A stretch of DNA of 63,048 bases, the filler included. It is 10 parts of 10 records of this genome, joined end to end, with 100 filler letters (N's around TTAATTAATTAA, not from the genome) between each part and the next. Parts side by side here need not be neighbours in the genome. Positions count along the whole stretch, not along the records: positions 34,918 to 40,881 come from SRR7504441_9412; positions 40,982 to 44,083 come from SRR7504441_9418; positions 44,184 to 47,916 come from SRR7504441_9419; 7 more parts are not named here. One strand, written 5' to 3'. Numbering within the stretch: position 1 is the stretch's first letter; the number at the start of each line of letters is the position of its first letter. The position numbers and the translations under genes are program-made. Under the pieces are notes generated by a model. That model saw nothing but the letters and a program-made list of their open reading frames with translations, made no database searches and had not been told where the DNA came from. Positions 35,050 to 46,789 of this stretch are shown here, in pieces.

Positions 35050-35418
35050 TGTCAGCTTCAAGGGATCCCGTCGGCCAGCCGGCACCGGCCGAACAGAGGA
35101 CCGTACACGCAGCTGAGGCCATCGAGCGCCCCCATGCCGCCCTGCTTGTAGCCAGCCAGTCCGCCGAGCTCCGCGCCCAGCTCGGCCATGTGTCCGTGCA
35201 CTGCGTACACGGCCTGCCGCCAGGGCTGGCGCTGGCCCCCGGGAGGCGAAGCGCCTCGCCCTCGGACTGGTGCAGCTCGCGGCAAGGCTCGAACAGCGCC
35301 CGGTCGGCCAGCCGGGTCCCAGCCGCCCACGCCGCCACCAGCTGGGCCTGCCTCGCGCATCAGTTCCGCCCAAGGCCCGCCGCACCGCCAGGAGCTGGCT
35401 GTGTGAAGCGCCATCCAT
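35050..35418 (-). CDS. 2-keto-4-pentenoate hydratase / FAH-superfamily N-terminal fragment
   Basis: Spliced AQLVAAWAAGTRL...EAVYAVHGHM...GGLAGYKQGGMG...VYGPLF resembles the MhpD-type N-terminus. No clear continuation before the contig edge. Confidence 0.45.
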
Positions 35419-35435
35419 TCCGGAGCCCAGCACCG

Positions 35436-36052
35436 ATGCCGTTACCGGTGGAAAGTCAGTTGGGTCTCGTTATAACCGTCGTCGCGACTGACTGTCGGGC
35501 GTGTCGACTGAGCCCACCGAACGGGACGACCGTCGGGGGGCAGCTGTCGTCGGACCGGAGGGCGGCCGCCGGGAACGAGAGCGCGGCCAGCGGCCCGGTG
35601 CCGACCAGCCCGACGAGCAGCACCGGTCGTCGAGATCCCGCTCGGGGGCCGATACTAGCTACGATTGCCATACGAGTGCGGCGGGCACCTGGCAGCTCCC
35701 CGTCCTGCGAGCGCGTGGCAGCTCATTGTTCTCGAGCATTATTATTCGCCCCCACGTGGGTAGTTACTCCTGGCCACTTTGCCCTGCACGACTGCGGCTG
35801 AGTCCGCTGCTGGCAGGATCTATACTCATGGTACACTCATCACCCACGCCCGAAACCAAGCTTGACAGCTTCGAACCAAAGACCAAGCTCGGCAAGTGCT
35901 TGCTCGGGACAGGGTTGGGTTTGCTAGGACTGCATGCCCTTGGTCTGTCTTTCAAGCCATCCGAGTTGGCAAAGGCGAAACTTGATGGCAAGCCGTTGAC
36001 GTTTGGTACACTTGTGAAGACCATGTGCACGGCCGCAGCAGATTCCGAGTAA
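35436..36052 (+). CDS. Small hypothetical protein, exon structure unresolved
   Basis: Two intron-like GT...GGCAG segments and a terminal ORF (GLGLLGLHALGLSFKP...) ending before an AT-rich spacer. Confidence 0.3.
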
Positions 36053-36146
36053 TGTACATGCAGCACTCGACGACGCGTGATCCTCCATACAAATGAGTAG
36101 ATGTGATTGGGTTCACAACGCGTCTAATTATAATTTGGTTCTCTAC

Positions 36147-36323
36147 TCGCACTGCTATCGCACTGCTATGTCAGATTTTATCTAGATTTTATCGCAATAC
36201 ATGTATAAATAATTACGCGATAATTTACGCAATAGTACTACTCTATATCTAGACGTACTCTCAGCCCAGGATTCGACATCTGTTTGATTGGCGTGGAGCT
36301 GTAGTTAAGCTGTAGTGGAGCTC
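36147..36323. repeat. Cluster of 9-TA-9 scars (36147, 36174, 36297 nested in an older one)
   Basis: TCGCACTGC, GATTTTATC and AGCTGTAGT, each duplicated around TA. Confidence 0.92.
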
Positions 36324-36489
36324 TCCCGCGGTGCATGCACGCGCCGTGATTATCTATGGGCTATGGCATGTTAAGTTTATGACTTGGAACCTAGCTTGCT
36401 CCAATCGCAGCCGCTGTCGTCGTCCAGTCGACTGTTGGCCCGCAACTCACTGCAAGTGTACCCAGTACCTGCATAGTGCCTGCCCACTC

Positions 36490-38338
36490 TCAGGTGCACG
36501 AGGCGTGATTAGCATCAGGGAAGACAAAGAACGTCAAAGCAGTTTGTGGTACAATCATGCCGCCACTAGAAGAGCCAACAACTGGTAGCATGGGGGGCAC
36601 GGTGCCATCGGGCGAAAGCTTGAGCACATGCCGATTGAGAAGTGCACCAGTTCCTAGAAGCCCAGCTCTGCCAGACAATGAGGACGCCGCATCGCGGCTG
36701 GAGCTGAGCTCATATTGCTCAAAAGTACTGCCAAGAGACCGCGAAACCCGCAGATGGGTGCTCGAGTTGGCTAAGTTGATGGCCAATACTGTAACGGACC
36801 CGGCTCTTTTAGTAGTGCAGTGCGCATAAATCCGTAGAGTGCTGTTGGCCGGTGGCAGCACCGCCCCAGTCTCGGTCACTGTTGCCACCGCATCCAGCAC
36901 CCTGGGGCCCATCGTCCGCGCCCAGAGCAGCCCCGTGTAATAATCAGGTAACGGTGTGCCCGTCAGGCAGTCGACCATTCCGTAGTCTGCTCCTATGAAA
37001 TCCTCTCTACACAGACCTGAGTAACCGTTCTGTGCCATAGCTGCAAGATCATCCGCGTACCTGCGAGCACCAAACATATCAACAGCCCTGCACACACGCG
37101 TTTTACCATAAACTGTCGCCAAAACTCGCCCATCGCATTTGAGTGTGGTCGCAAGGAGGGGAGCCAGCGTTGTGCGGCCCCACCTCTCCTCCAAACACTA
37201 GCACCGTGCTGCTGTGCTCACGCACCGTCCGGTTGATCGAGCTGGCCACCGCTGCATTCATCGAGAGCTTGTACGGACTGGTGAAGCCCAGCACCGTCGG
37301 GTCTAGTTCGGTGTACTGGTGGTGAGTTACTGCGTGCACCGGCACTCGAAGCTTGGAGCATTCCTCGAGCCAGTCGACTATCCAATCCGAGCAGCTGGGC
37401 GAGCTCCGACCGAACAGCATGCACCGCGCATCTGGCCCGAACAGCCTCGGCCGCCGCTGCGGATCCGGCCAGAGCTCCAGCGTTAGGTTATGCAGCACCG
37501 CCATGTTGCCGGCCTGCTCAGCTGCGGTGTAGATGTAATTGAGCTCGTTCCCCAGTTCCAGACCGTAGATTAGGTGGTCCAAGCGCTGGTCGATCGTCCA
37601 CTGCAGAATAGCCCGCGCGTTGTCTGCGATCCACCGCCGATGGCTCGAACTGTGCCTATCCGGACCGATGTTCATCGACAGCCCGAAAACAAGCTTTGCC
37701 CGCGCCGCTGCTGTGAACGAGAGCAAGTCACGCCACGTTGTCTCATTCAGGCACCGGCTGTACTCTGTGGCGGTCGGGCAGGGCATCCCTCCGAACGCGT
37801 AAGTGAGGTAGTCATTCCCAGCCCCGCCGAACCGAAGCAGCGAGAACCCCTCCTCCTGAGCCGCCCCGATCTGGGCCGCCAGCCGGGCGAGCTGCCCGCC
37901 CTCTGAGCTGGCCGCGCTCAGGTTCCGCCAGAAGAAGCCCCGGTTGGCCGAGGCGTCGATGTTCCAACAGACGTGATTAGGACCACCCCGCCAGACCAGC
38001 CCGCCTACTGCCACGCTCGCCTCCTTGGCCGGCGGTGGAGAAGGTGGCGGGCCGCCCAGCCGGCCGGAGACGCAGCTGTCGTTGTGCCGCGAGTTGCCCG
38101 GGGCGGCGGCGCTCTTGTGCAGGCAGAGACCGCCCGACTCGGCCTGGACGAAGGTGAAGAAGAGGCAGGCCGGATCGGCGGCGCAGGAGGCGCAGCAGCC
38201 GGACGGGTCGGGGCAGCGGGTGGGCGGAGCTACTTGGCTGCCAATCAGCTCCACCCCGGTCTGCAGGGTGCAGTCGCAGCCGCTCAGCACAGGCAGCAGG
38301 GCGGCCACTGCCAGAAGGCTCCCGGGGGCAACCGGCAT
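36490..38338 (-). CDS. Secreted glycoside hydrolase family 79 (heparanase/beta-glucuronidase-like) with N-terminal PAN/apple-like domain
   Basis: Signal peptide, CCASCAADPACLFFTF..CLHK, LLRFGG, ELGNE (acid/base), GGEVG (nucleophile), FIGADYGMVD, PDYY. One intron near 37062-37107. Confidence 0.88.
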
Positions 38339-38396
38339 CCGTTCGAGACGCCGGCGGTTGAGCCGTTAGACAACTCGCCGCAACTCGGCGCTGAAC

Positions 38397-39601
38397 ATGC
38401 GTGTGACCGGCCTGTTGCTCGTGGCGGCAGCCTGCGCCCAGCTCCCGCCGTCACCGCTGACCGGCGGCCCGCTGCCCATCGCACTAGAGCTGATCGCCGG
38501 CTCGCGCGACGGCGAGCTCGGGGCGCTGCCGGCACTCCCGCGGCTTAACATCGACCCCGCGGGAGTCTCGGTCTCCGGCCTGAGCTCGGGGGCCGACTTC
38601 GCTACCCAGTTCGCTGTGGCCTTCAGCAAGACCGTCCGAGGGCTCGGCGTGTTCGCTGGCCAGCCGTTCCACTGCGCTGTCACCCGGTTCCCCAAGGACA
38701 GGCTGACGCCGCCCAACCCTGACGTGCCCGTATGCGAGGGCTGCCCGGCCAACCAGACGCTAGGCTATGACCACTGCAAGGGGCACGACCCGGCGCTAGT
38801 CAATGTCAGCATGCTCGCCGAGGCGGCCCGGCGGCTCTCGGAGGCGGGTGCGATCGACGATGTCAAGTACATGGCGAGGAACAAGTACTACACCTACTGC
38901 GGGACTAAAGACGGCACGATCACCGCTACCCGGAAGAACCACGAATTCTTCGGCCATTTCAGCTCAGAGCGGAACCTGCTGGCCAATTTCAGCGTGCCAT
39001 CTGGGCACTGCTGGCCACAAGACCGGGGTGAGAACTCTTGTGGCCTCTGGAACTCAGCGGTGTCCAATCCGTGGCCGCTCGAGAATTGCGGGTACGACGG
39101 GCCCGGGGCGATGCTCCAGCACGTGTACGGCCCGCTCAACCCACCTGCCGAGGAGCCGGTGCTGGACTCGATAGTTGGCTTCAACCAGTCGGTCTTCAAC
39201 GGAGACCGGCCGGACGAGATCGGACTCAGTAAGGATGCTATTGCGTACATTCCAAGCAGCTGCGCCAGTGGCGCCAAGTGTAAGCTGCATTTGCTGTTCC
39301 ACGGGTGCGCCCCGACGCCATGGCACGTGGGGCCGTACCATAGTCTCAGTCGGTGCGCATACATGTAGTCTTGTCAATGACGCTTACTGAGTCTGTTGGC
39401 AGGTGGGCGGAAACAAATGAGTTGGTTGTGCTTTATCCGCACTCCTCATCTCACGGCGGGGCGCATCCGCTCCGCGAGCAACGGATTGCGTGCTGGGACG
39501 GCTATGGTCAGACGGGCCCCGATTACGATACCAAGAACGGAATCCAGATGAGGGCGATTATGACCATGATCCAGGCTGTCTCGGGCATCAACTTGGACTA
39601 A
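38397..39601 (+). CDS. Secreted poly(3-hydroxybutyrate) depolymerase-like esterase
   Basis: Signal peptide, VSVSGLSSGADFATQF (GxSxG), GVFAGQPFHCA, SGHCWP, CKLHLLFHGC, WAETNELVVLYP, CWDGYGQTG. One intron. Confidence 0.85.
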
Positions 39602-39957
39602 ACTGTACTAAAATTGTAAGTACTGTAACGGAACTATTATAAACCTACTGTAAACCTGGGTCATGTGTAAGAGCTGTGCATTTATTAAAATATACTACCA
39701 AGTACAGTACGTACTCTGCTCGTGAGCACGCATTTATTAAATTAGGACCGCTTCATCAGTTCTTACGAGTACTGATTGGCATTGTGACGATTGAACACTG
39801 GAGATTGTGACCGGAAGCCGGTACGATTCATCATGAGCACTACTTATTGAGTGGTTGAAACCAAGTCCTCGCTCATGCCACCCATTATCTAGCCGCGTCC
39901 GCGCACTGCACACACTGCAGGCGTGGCGACCATCCTTACATCACGCCGCTCGCGTGA

Positions 39958-40626
39958 TCATTCGACCTTGGGCCTACCAGTACCTTTGAGCCCCTTGATG
40001 GCTCGGGTGACCATCCCAGGGTATGCGTAAAGCCCGCCCAGCACGTTCACCGTCACCACCACGCCCGCCCCCACCGCACCCGTCGAGGTCAGCCCGCCCG
40101 CCCTGTTGATGAACAGCGCCGCGCCGATCGCCTCAAGCGTGGCCCCCAGCGGGAAGGCAACCACTGGGCAGAGGTCTCGCACCAGCCGGAGCTTCGGGCT
40201 GCTCACCAAATAGCACGGGTAACGGCACACCTCCGTCACCGCCCAGACCAGCAGCACTGCGTGCGCCAGGCTGTGGCAGCGGTCGCCGGGCGGCCCACTG
40301 GGCAGCGTGACGGTGAGGCAGAAGGTCCGAATCGCGTGCAGCACCACGCCGACCAGCCAGTTTCCGCGGAGCGAGCCGGTGAGCATCCGGACCACGTCCA
40401 GCCAGCACCCGAGCTCGAGCAGCAGCACCAGTTTCCACATGAGCTGCTCGTGTATGAACGGGTTGGCCAGCCGCTCAAGCCACGGCGAGAGCTCGTACTC
40501 GAACGGCGAGCGGCTCACTTCGGGGTCTGCGGCGAGGATCCGGCAGAGCTCGAGGGCCAGCACTGCCCAGCCGGCCAGGAAGCCCAGGTTGAGCACGTCG
40601 AACTCGGAGAGCGGGGTGAGCAGCAT
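39958..40626 (-). CDS. PTPLA/HACD-like (very-long-chain 3-hydroxyacyl-CoA dehydratase family) membrane protein
   Basis: Multi-TM 222 aa with WAVTEVCRYPCY and FPLGATLE, matching the HACD motifs WSxxEIIRYxFY and YPxGxxxE. Confidence 0.7.
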   Translation of the reverse strand: MLLTPLSEFDVLNLGFLAGWAVLALELCRILAADPEVSRSPFEYELSPWLERLANPFIHEQLMWKLVLLLELGCWLDVVRMLTGSLRGNWLVGVVLHAIRTFCLTVTLPSGPPGDRCHSLAHAVLLVWAVTEVCRYPCYLVSSPKLRLVRDLCPVVAFPLGATLEAIGAALFINRAGGLTSTGAVGAGVVVTVNVLGGLYAYPGMVTRAIKGLKGTGRPKVE

Positions 40627-40859
40627 ATATTACGAGCCGGGCACCCGAGGGCGCAAAGAAAAAGTTGTGTCATATCATGGGAAAGAAAAAATTGTGCAAA
40701 GAAAGGAAGGCTTCTGTACGACGCACTGGTAGAGTGTGGCGGCTGGATAGAGAGAGGATCGTCGGTGAAATGAGGCGGCGCCGTTCGTATCCGCAACCTC
40801 GAGCTAAATAAATGAGCTTGGCACAAAACCATCCACAAGATCACTCGCGAGAAAAGGTG

Positions 40860-40881
40860 TGGTCATACTGGGGCTCGAACC
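40860..40881 (-). tRNA. 3' fragment of a tRNA gene (T-arm, acceptor 3' strand, discriminator A), cut by contig end; isotype unknown, Ile or Val plausible
   Basis: Minus strand reads GG-TTCGAGC-CCCAG-TATGACC-A, the exact 7-nt loop / 5 / 7 / 1 tRNA geometry, followed by CACC-TTTT (Pol III terminator). Confidence 0.75.
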
Positions 40882-41108
40882 NNNNNNNNNNNNNNNNNNN
40901 NNNNNNNNNNNNNNNNNNNNNNNNNTTAATTAATTAANNNNNNNNNNNNNNNNNNNNNNNNNNNNNNNNNNNNNNNNNNNNGCAGTGGCTGGTGAACCCA
41001 CCATTCACGCAAACCAGCCGGCCCTCCGTCATTCGGCCAGCGCGTCGGGTCAGTAACCCACTCAGTACTGCGTAAATAATAATAAAATAATAATAACGGT
41101 CAAGGACG

Positions 41109-43724
41109 ATGTCAGCTGACCAGGAGCCGGGGGCGAAGAAGCCCCGGGTGGCCGACCCGCCTGACTTGCGGTTCGAGACAGCCGGTGCGCCGCCGCTGTG
41201 CTGCCTGACCGCTGCGCCAGGCGGGATAACAGTCACACGCACCTCCGAGAGCGTCGACGGGGACAAAACGCTCTCCGAGTGGGCCGAGCGCCTGGACCGG
41301 GAGCCCGGGGCGATCTTCGCCTCGCTGTACGAGTTCCCCGGGCGGTACACCCGGTGGGACACTGGGCTGGTCTCTCCGCCGCTGGTGCTCGAGTCGCGTG
41401 GCCGGCAGATCGAACTGCGGGCGCTGCACCCGCGCGGGGTGCCGCTGCTCGGGATGCTCTGGCCTGTCATCCAGCGCTGCCCGGAGCTAGAGAGCGCCGT
41501 GATGGAGTCGCCCGAGCGGGCGCTGGCCGTGGTCAAGCCGCCGGCCCAGCGCTTCCCGGAGGAGCAGCGCTCGCGACAGCCCAGCGTAATGAGTCTGGTA
41601 CGAGCGGTGGTCGCGGCCATGCGTTCGGACATGGACGGGCACATCGGACTGTACGGCGCGTTCGCGTACGACCTGGCCTATCAGTTCGAGCCCGTGAAGC
41701 TGGCCCGGCCCCGGGACCCGGCGCAGCGTGACGTGTGTCTGTACCTGCCAGACCAGCTGGTGGTCACTGACCGCGGCTCCGGTACAGCGTACCTGCACCG
41801 GTGGGCGGGCGGGCAGGGCCGGGCGGACCGGCGGGGCAGGTACGAGTTCAGCCAGGCCGGGCTGAGCACGGACGGGCTGGCTCGATCGGCGGTCCTTGTC
41901 GAGCCGTTTGTGCCCTCGGAGGAGCAGCCCACAGGCGGCGACCACGCGCCCGGTGAATACGCCGCCAAGGCAGCCCGGGTGGTGCGCGCTGGTGGGTGAC
42001 TGCGCGATAGGTGGGCCTGGCCAAGCAAAAGTTTGTCAAAGGCGAGCTGTTCGAAGCTGTGCTCTCGCAGAGCTTCAGTGAGCCACTGGCTGCGATGCCA
42101 TCGGAGCTCTTCTCAACGCTACAGAAGCGCAACCCTGCGCCGTTTGGGTTTGTGATCTCACTCGGGGCGCAGGAGTGGCTGGTCCGCGGCCGGCCGGGCT
42201 GGCGGCTCACAGCGGGCAGGTGGGAGCTTCGCCAGAGATGTATGTGCGGGTGCAGGCCGGCAGAGTCGAGACCTGCCCCATATCTGGGACCATTCCAAGG
42301 GGCCGGGACCCGCTGGAGGACGCCCAGCAGGTCCGCGAGCTGCTCAACTCGTCCAAGGATGAGTCGGAGCTCACGATGTGCACCGACGTCGACAGGAACG
42401 ACAAGAGCCGAATCTGCGTGGCCGGGTCCGTCAAGGTGCTCGGACGGCGGCAGATCGAGATGTATTCTAAGCTGATCCACACGGTGGACCACGTGGAGGG
42501 GATGCTCAAACCCGGGATGGACGCGCTCGACGCTTTCCTGGCGCACACCTGGGCGGTTACTGTCACTGGGGCGCCCAAAGTCTGGGCAATACAGTTTGTA
42601 GAGGACACTGAGAACACCAACCGTAAATGGTGCCGCTCGCCAGGTGACCGAGCTAAGCTGGCAGCGGCAGGTATGCGGGCGCCGTCGGCCAGATAGGGTT
42701 CGACGGCAACATGAATACTGGCCTGACTCTCCGGACGATACATGTCGAGCGAGGGATGGCGAGTGTGAGGTGAAGCTAGTCGCGTGGTGGCCCCGAGCAG
42801 CGGCGGCAGGGCTGGAGCCACCTTGCTGTACCACTCGGACCCCGAGGCAGAGGAGGCGGAGACTAGACTCAAAGCCTCAGCGATGTTAGGTGGCTGCTGG
42901 CCTGAGCAGGGCTTGACGGGTGGGATGCAGCTGCAATCAGAGACTGCTCTAGGCCTAAGAGCGAGCAGGAGCAGCCTGCGGCGGCGGCCAGCGAGCAACG
43001 GATGCCCAAAGTGATCCTGATCGACCACGACGATTCGTTTGTGCACACGCTGGGCAACTATTTCACACAGGCAACAGGCCCGCCTTGACCGCGCCCACTC
43101 TTGGGGGCAGATTGGCTGCGCGCTGACCACCGTGCGGGCCAAAACCCTCTCGGAGCAGTGCGAGTCACTCGCCGAGTTTGATTTGGCTGTGCTGTCGCCC
43201 GGCCCAGGCTGCCCCAACGACTTTGACTTGTCAGGCACTCTGGAGCAGCTGATTGCGGCCAGGGTGCCGGCGTTTGGGGTGTGTCTCGGGCTGCAAGGGA
43301 TGGTCGAATTCTTCGGGGGCAAGCTGTCTGTGCTGGATCCACCGATGCACGGGCAGCAAAGCTCTGCCGAGCTGCTCAACGACAAGCCCAGCCGGTGGAA
43401 CCTGTTTGAAGGGATCAGCGAGGAGCAGATACTCGTAGCCCGGTGTGTTTGCCCTAGCACCAACGCGGCTGACAGCGCTGGTACAGGTACCACTCACTAT
43501 ATGCCAAGACAGAGGACTTGCCCGGCTGCTTGGCTCCGAGGGCGATGGTCGACTCGAACGTCGTGATGGCGATAGAGCACGAAAGTCTGCCCATGGCAGC
43601 GGTGCAATTCCACCCGGAGTCGATTCTGACGCTTCAGGAGAACGGGCTGCAGCTTGTCCGTAATGTGATCAAACATTTGACACGGGATGCGTATCCAGAG
43701 TCATCCAAGTGGTACAAGGCTTGA
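41109..43724 (+). CDS. trpEG: Fused anthranilate synthase components I+II (bacterial TrpE(G) type), 9 exons
   Basis: [50 protein letters not shown], then GATase [30 protein letters not shown]. Introns 41801-41839, 41970-42010, 42182-42219, 42630-42670, 42770-42809, 42890-42930, 43071-43110, 43443-43486. Confidence 0.93.
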
Positions 43725-44307
43725 TTAACCTTGCAATGTCATGTCGTGACGCATGGACGTGCACAAAGTAAGTCTAAGTAATTAGTTCTTACGTAGATGC
43801 TGTCATCGGCTCGTAAAATCCTAAGAATTTATGGTCCACGGTAAAGTTTACAATTAAGCTTGTGTACACATACGTGTTATTCGTACATGTAAAGTACATG
43901 AATTGTATCGTCGCTAATCGTCGCGGCTCAGTCTTGTCAGTTTTGGCGGGAAAGTAGTTCGAAACTCCGTGCACCCTCCTCTCTTTGTGGCTGACGTTCG
44001 GTTTCCCGCGTCCCCGGACTGATCGCGCAACAATGCCGGGTACAGCAGCAACTGAGCTCTCCGAGGCCTGCGAGGTGACACGGNNNNNNNNNNNNNNNNN
44101 NNNNNNNNNNNNNNNNNNNNNNNNNNNTTAATTAATTAANNNNNNNNNNNNNNNNNNNNNNNNNNNNNNNNNNNNNNNNNNNNTTCATACCACTGAATGA
44201 TGCCCTCTATGCGAGTATACACTGATTGTTTCAATTGATGCACTGATTATATATATCGTACGTAGTAGTACTGGCACTATATTTCTACCGGCCCCCACGA
44301 CCCAACC

Positions 44308-44859
44308 TCAGCGGCACCACGACTTGCTCACCACTCCGTATTCCTGGGAGGAAATCGAGGATACCGGCCCGAAACTCGTCCGGTGGTAGCTTCTCATTGG
44401 AATCGGTGCCGGCCCCATCGGCGGGCGGGGCAGGCTGGCCGGCAGCTCCACCCGGGTTAGCCTGCGGTCTGGTGCGGGCAGCGCCCTCCCCGCCGGCGGA
44501 CCGGCACGCCAGCTGGCGTGCAGATTGGCCTGAAGATGCGGGGCTAACTGGGAGGGCCTCTGGCCGCCTCGCCTCGCCTGGAGCTCCACTAGCTGCTCTT
44601 TGAGCCGGCTGATCTCAGCCTTGTTGGACCGCAGCGTGGCCTGGGCACGGGCGATCCGCTCCGCCGTGGCACTGGTGCCGGCCGTCTCAAACACGGTGGC
44701 GCGCGCCCTGTCCCCCTACTCGCCGCGCGCGCCTGGGGTTTGGCACCGCTCGCCGACGTCTCTGAGCTCGAGGGAGACGGAGCGTTGGAGCTCGGGATCG
44801 GCCTCCGGGTACGGGTACGACTGGAGCAGCCGGCTGAACTTGGCCTCGCTCAAGCTCAT
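44308..44859 (-). CDS. Small hypothetical coiled-coil protein, intron-containing
   Basis: MSLSEAKFSRLLQSY...DVGER|ARATVFETAG... joined by a 39-nt GT-AG intron. Ends SSQEYGVVSKSWCR. Confidence 0.5.
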
Positions 44860-45034
44860 CTGCTCCCCTGCAGTCCCTTCACTGCGCCGTCTGGGGGCCA
44901 CGGCGGGAAAAATAACGGCACAAGCGACTCTCGTGGACATCCGGGCGATCAGCACCCTTGTGAGGCGTGGCCGGGTCTGTACCAGACAACCGGCCTCCCG
45001 CTACGAGCTGAGGCCTCCCAGGGAGCAGACGAAG

Positions 45035-46573
45035 ATGGAGACGGCCCACCAGTTCGAGCTGGGCTTCGTGACGGATGTGGAGGGCAACTTGGAATACTTC
45101 GAGCGCTTCCTCGAGATGAGCCCAGTGATCCGGCGCTGCCCCGCCACCGGCGACTTGCTGCTGGCCCACCCGGGCGCCCACTTTGTGTTCGGGGGGGACG
45201 CGGTAGACAAGGGCCCCGGGGACATCCGGATCTGCCGGGCGCTGGTCCAACTCAAGCGGCGGTACCCGGACCGGGTGGCGCTGCTGGTGGGCAACCGAGA
45301 CTTGAACAAGCTGCGCCTGTCGGCCGAGCTGGGCCAGGCAGACATGGCCCGACCGGTCGCCGAGATCCCGCCGCCGCACTGGGACCGGCGGGCGAGTTCT
45401 CTGGAGCAACACCTGCAGGCGGTGGCCGCGGCGGCCGGGCAGTCCGTGGACCAGGTCAATACTCGCCCGGAGCGGCTTCGGTACATGTACCAGCACACAC
45501 TGGGCTGTGCGCACACGTTTGAATTTCGGAGGGCCGAGCTGGCGGCGCTCTCCGACTGCCAGTCAAGTGAGGTGACTGACGAACAGGTGGTCGCATCCTG
45601 CCTGCACGAGGCGTGCCATCCCGACGGCGCTCTCCGGCAGTACATGGAGCTGGGCTCGGTGGCGGCGGTGTTTGGCAACACGCTGTTCGTTCATGGGTGT
45701 GTGGACCGGCTCACGGTCGGATTCGTGCCACCGTCAGATACGCGGTTTGAGAATCCGCGTGTATTGCCTGGGCCGAGTGAATTTGTGGGATCTGTGCATG
45801 TGTGGAAGGACGGAATGAATCGGCTGCTGCGGGCCGGGCTCGCAGACCACCAGGCGAGGCCAGACTGGGACCAGGATAGACAGACCCGGGGCGGCGAGGC
45901 GCTGATGGCGCTGCAGAACCGGTCGGCGATGTGGGGGCGGTCCGTGATTAGCAATTGCTATGCCGACGGAGGCAACATCACCTCGAGTTCTGCTGTGCAG
46001 AAGCGGGATCAAAAGCTGGCGGCCGCCGGTGGGCAAGATCCACTGGCGTTCGAGGGCGTGTGCTCCGACCCGCGCGACACAGAGGTGGCCGCGTGGCTTC
46101 TAAACAGCGGGATTCGTCGGGTTGTCGTTGGGCACAAGCCTTGCGGAGACAGCCCAGCTGTTTGCTCTGCGGTCTACACAGGAGTTGAAATCGTCTCGGC
46201 CGATACCTCGTTTTCGGATACGCGGTGTGACGACAACCGGGGCTGCGCAGTCAGTTCTGTGCTGATTCGTGGAGAATCCGCGGATGTGAATCACGTGCTC
46301 TTGCACGGTGTATTGAGAGACGGAAGGGAGCATTGCGGGCGGCTGGCTACGCTCGGCGCGGGGGATGGCGCCGATGGCGATCCTTACTTGGGGACTGAAA
46401 TAATGGATGGCTGGTGGGTTAAGGCCAAGCTGCAAACTCCGGATGAGCCTGGTGAGGATGTCGGTGAGGCGCGCTATCGAGTCAGCCGTGGCGAAGGTCG
46501 CAAGGTTGAATACGACGATCGATCAGAAAGTGAGCTCAGGGCGGCTCTGCTGACAACTCAGCCTGACTCATAA
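45035..46573 (+). CDS. Calcineurin-like metallophosphoesterase
   Basis: FVTDVEGN, GGDAVDKGP, LVGNRDLNK, LFVHG and VVVGHKP motifs. Intronless. Confidence 0.8.
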   Translation: METAHQFELGFVTDVEGNLEYFERFLEMSPVIRRCPATGDLLLAHPGAHFVFGGDAVDKGPGDIRICRALVQLKRRYPDRVALLVGNRDLNKLRLSAELGQADMARPVAEIPPPHWDRRASSLEQHLQAVAAAAGQSVDQVNTRPERLRYMYQHTLGCAHTFEFRRAELAALSDCQSSEVTDEQVVASCLHEACHPDGALRQYMELGSVAAVFGNTLFVHGCVDRLTVGFVPPSDTRFENPRVLPGPSEFVGSVHVWKDGMNRLLRAGLADHQARPDWDQDRQTRGGEALMALQNRSAMWGRSVISNCYADGGNITSSSAVQKRDQKLAAAGGQDPLAFEGVCSDPRDTEVAAWLLNSGIRRVVVGHKPCGDSPAVCSAVYTGVEIVSADTSFSDTRCDDNRGCAVSSVLIRGESADVNHVLLHGVLRDGREHCGRLATLGAGDGADGDPYLGTEIMDGWWVKAKLQTPDEPGEDVGEARYRVSRGEGRKVEYDDRSESELRAALLTTQPDS

Positions 46574-46789
46574 ATCTTATAAAATCTGTTTATTTTAAAC
46601 CCCATCGTCCGAGGAGTACTACCGCGACTATCGTGCTGCGAGCTCTAGAGCTCGAATAGCTTACGAAAAGCTACACGAGCTACACCATCACAGTCAGATC
46701 CTGAGGAGCGAGTGTACGGTTTATTGAACACACGCCGTGTATGTACTGTATGGGGAGCCGTAGGGCTGGAGCGGAGCGGAGGTAGGCCC

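Noticed and set aside
41109-43724. Frameshifted pseudogene or bacterial contaminant operon
   Set aside because: All frame breaks are resolved by GT/GC-AG mini-introns that restore conserved motifs.
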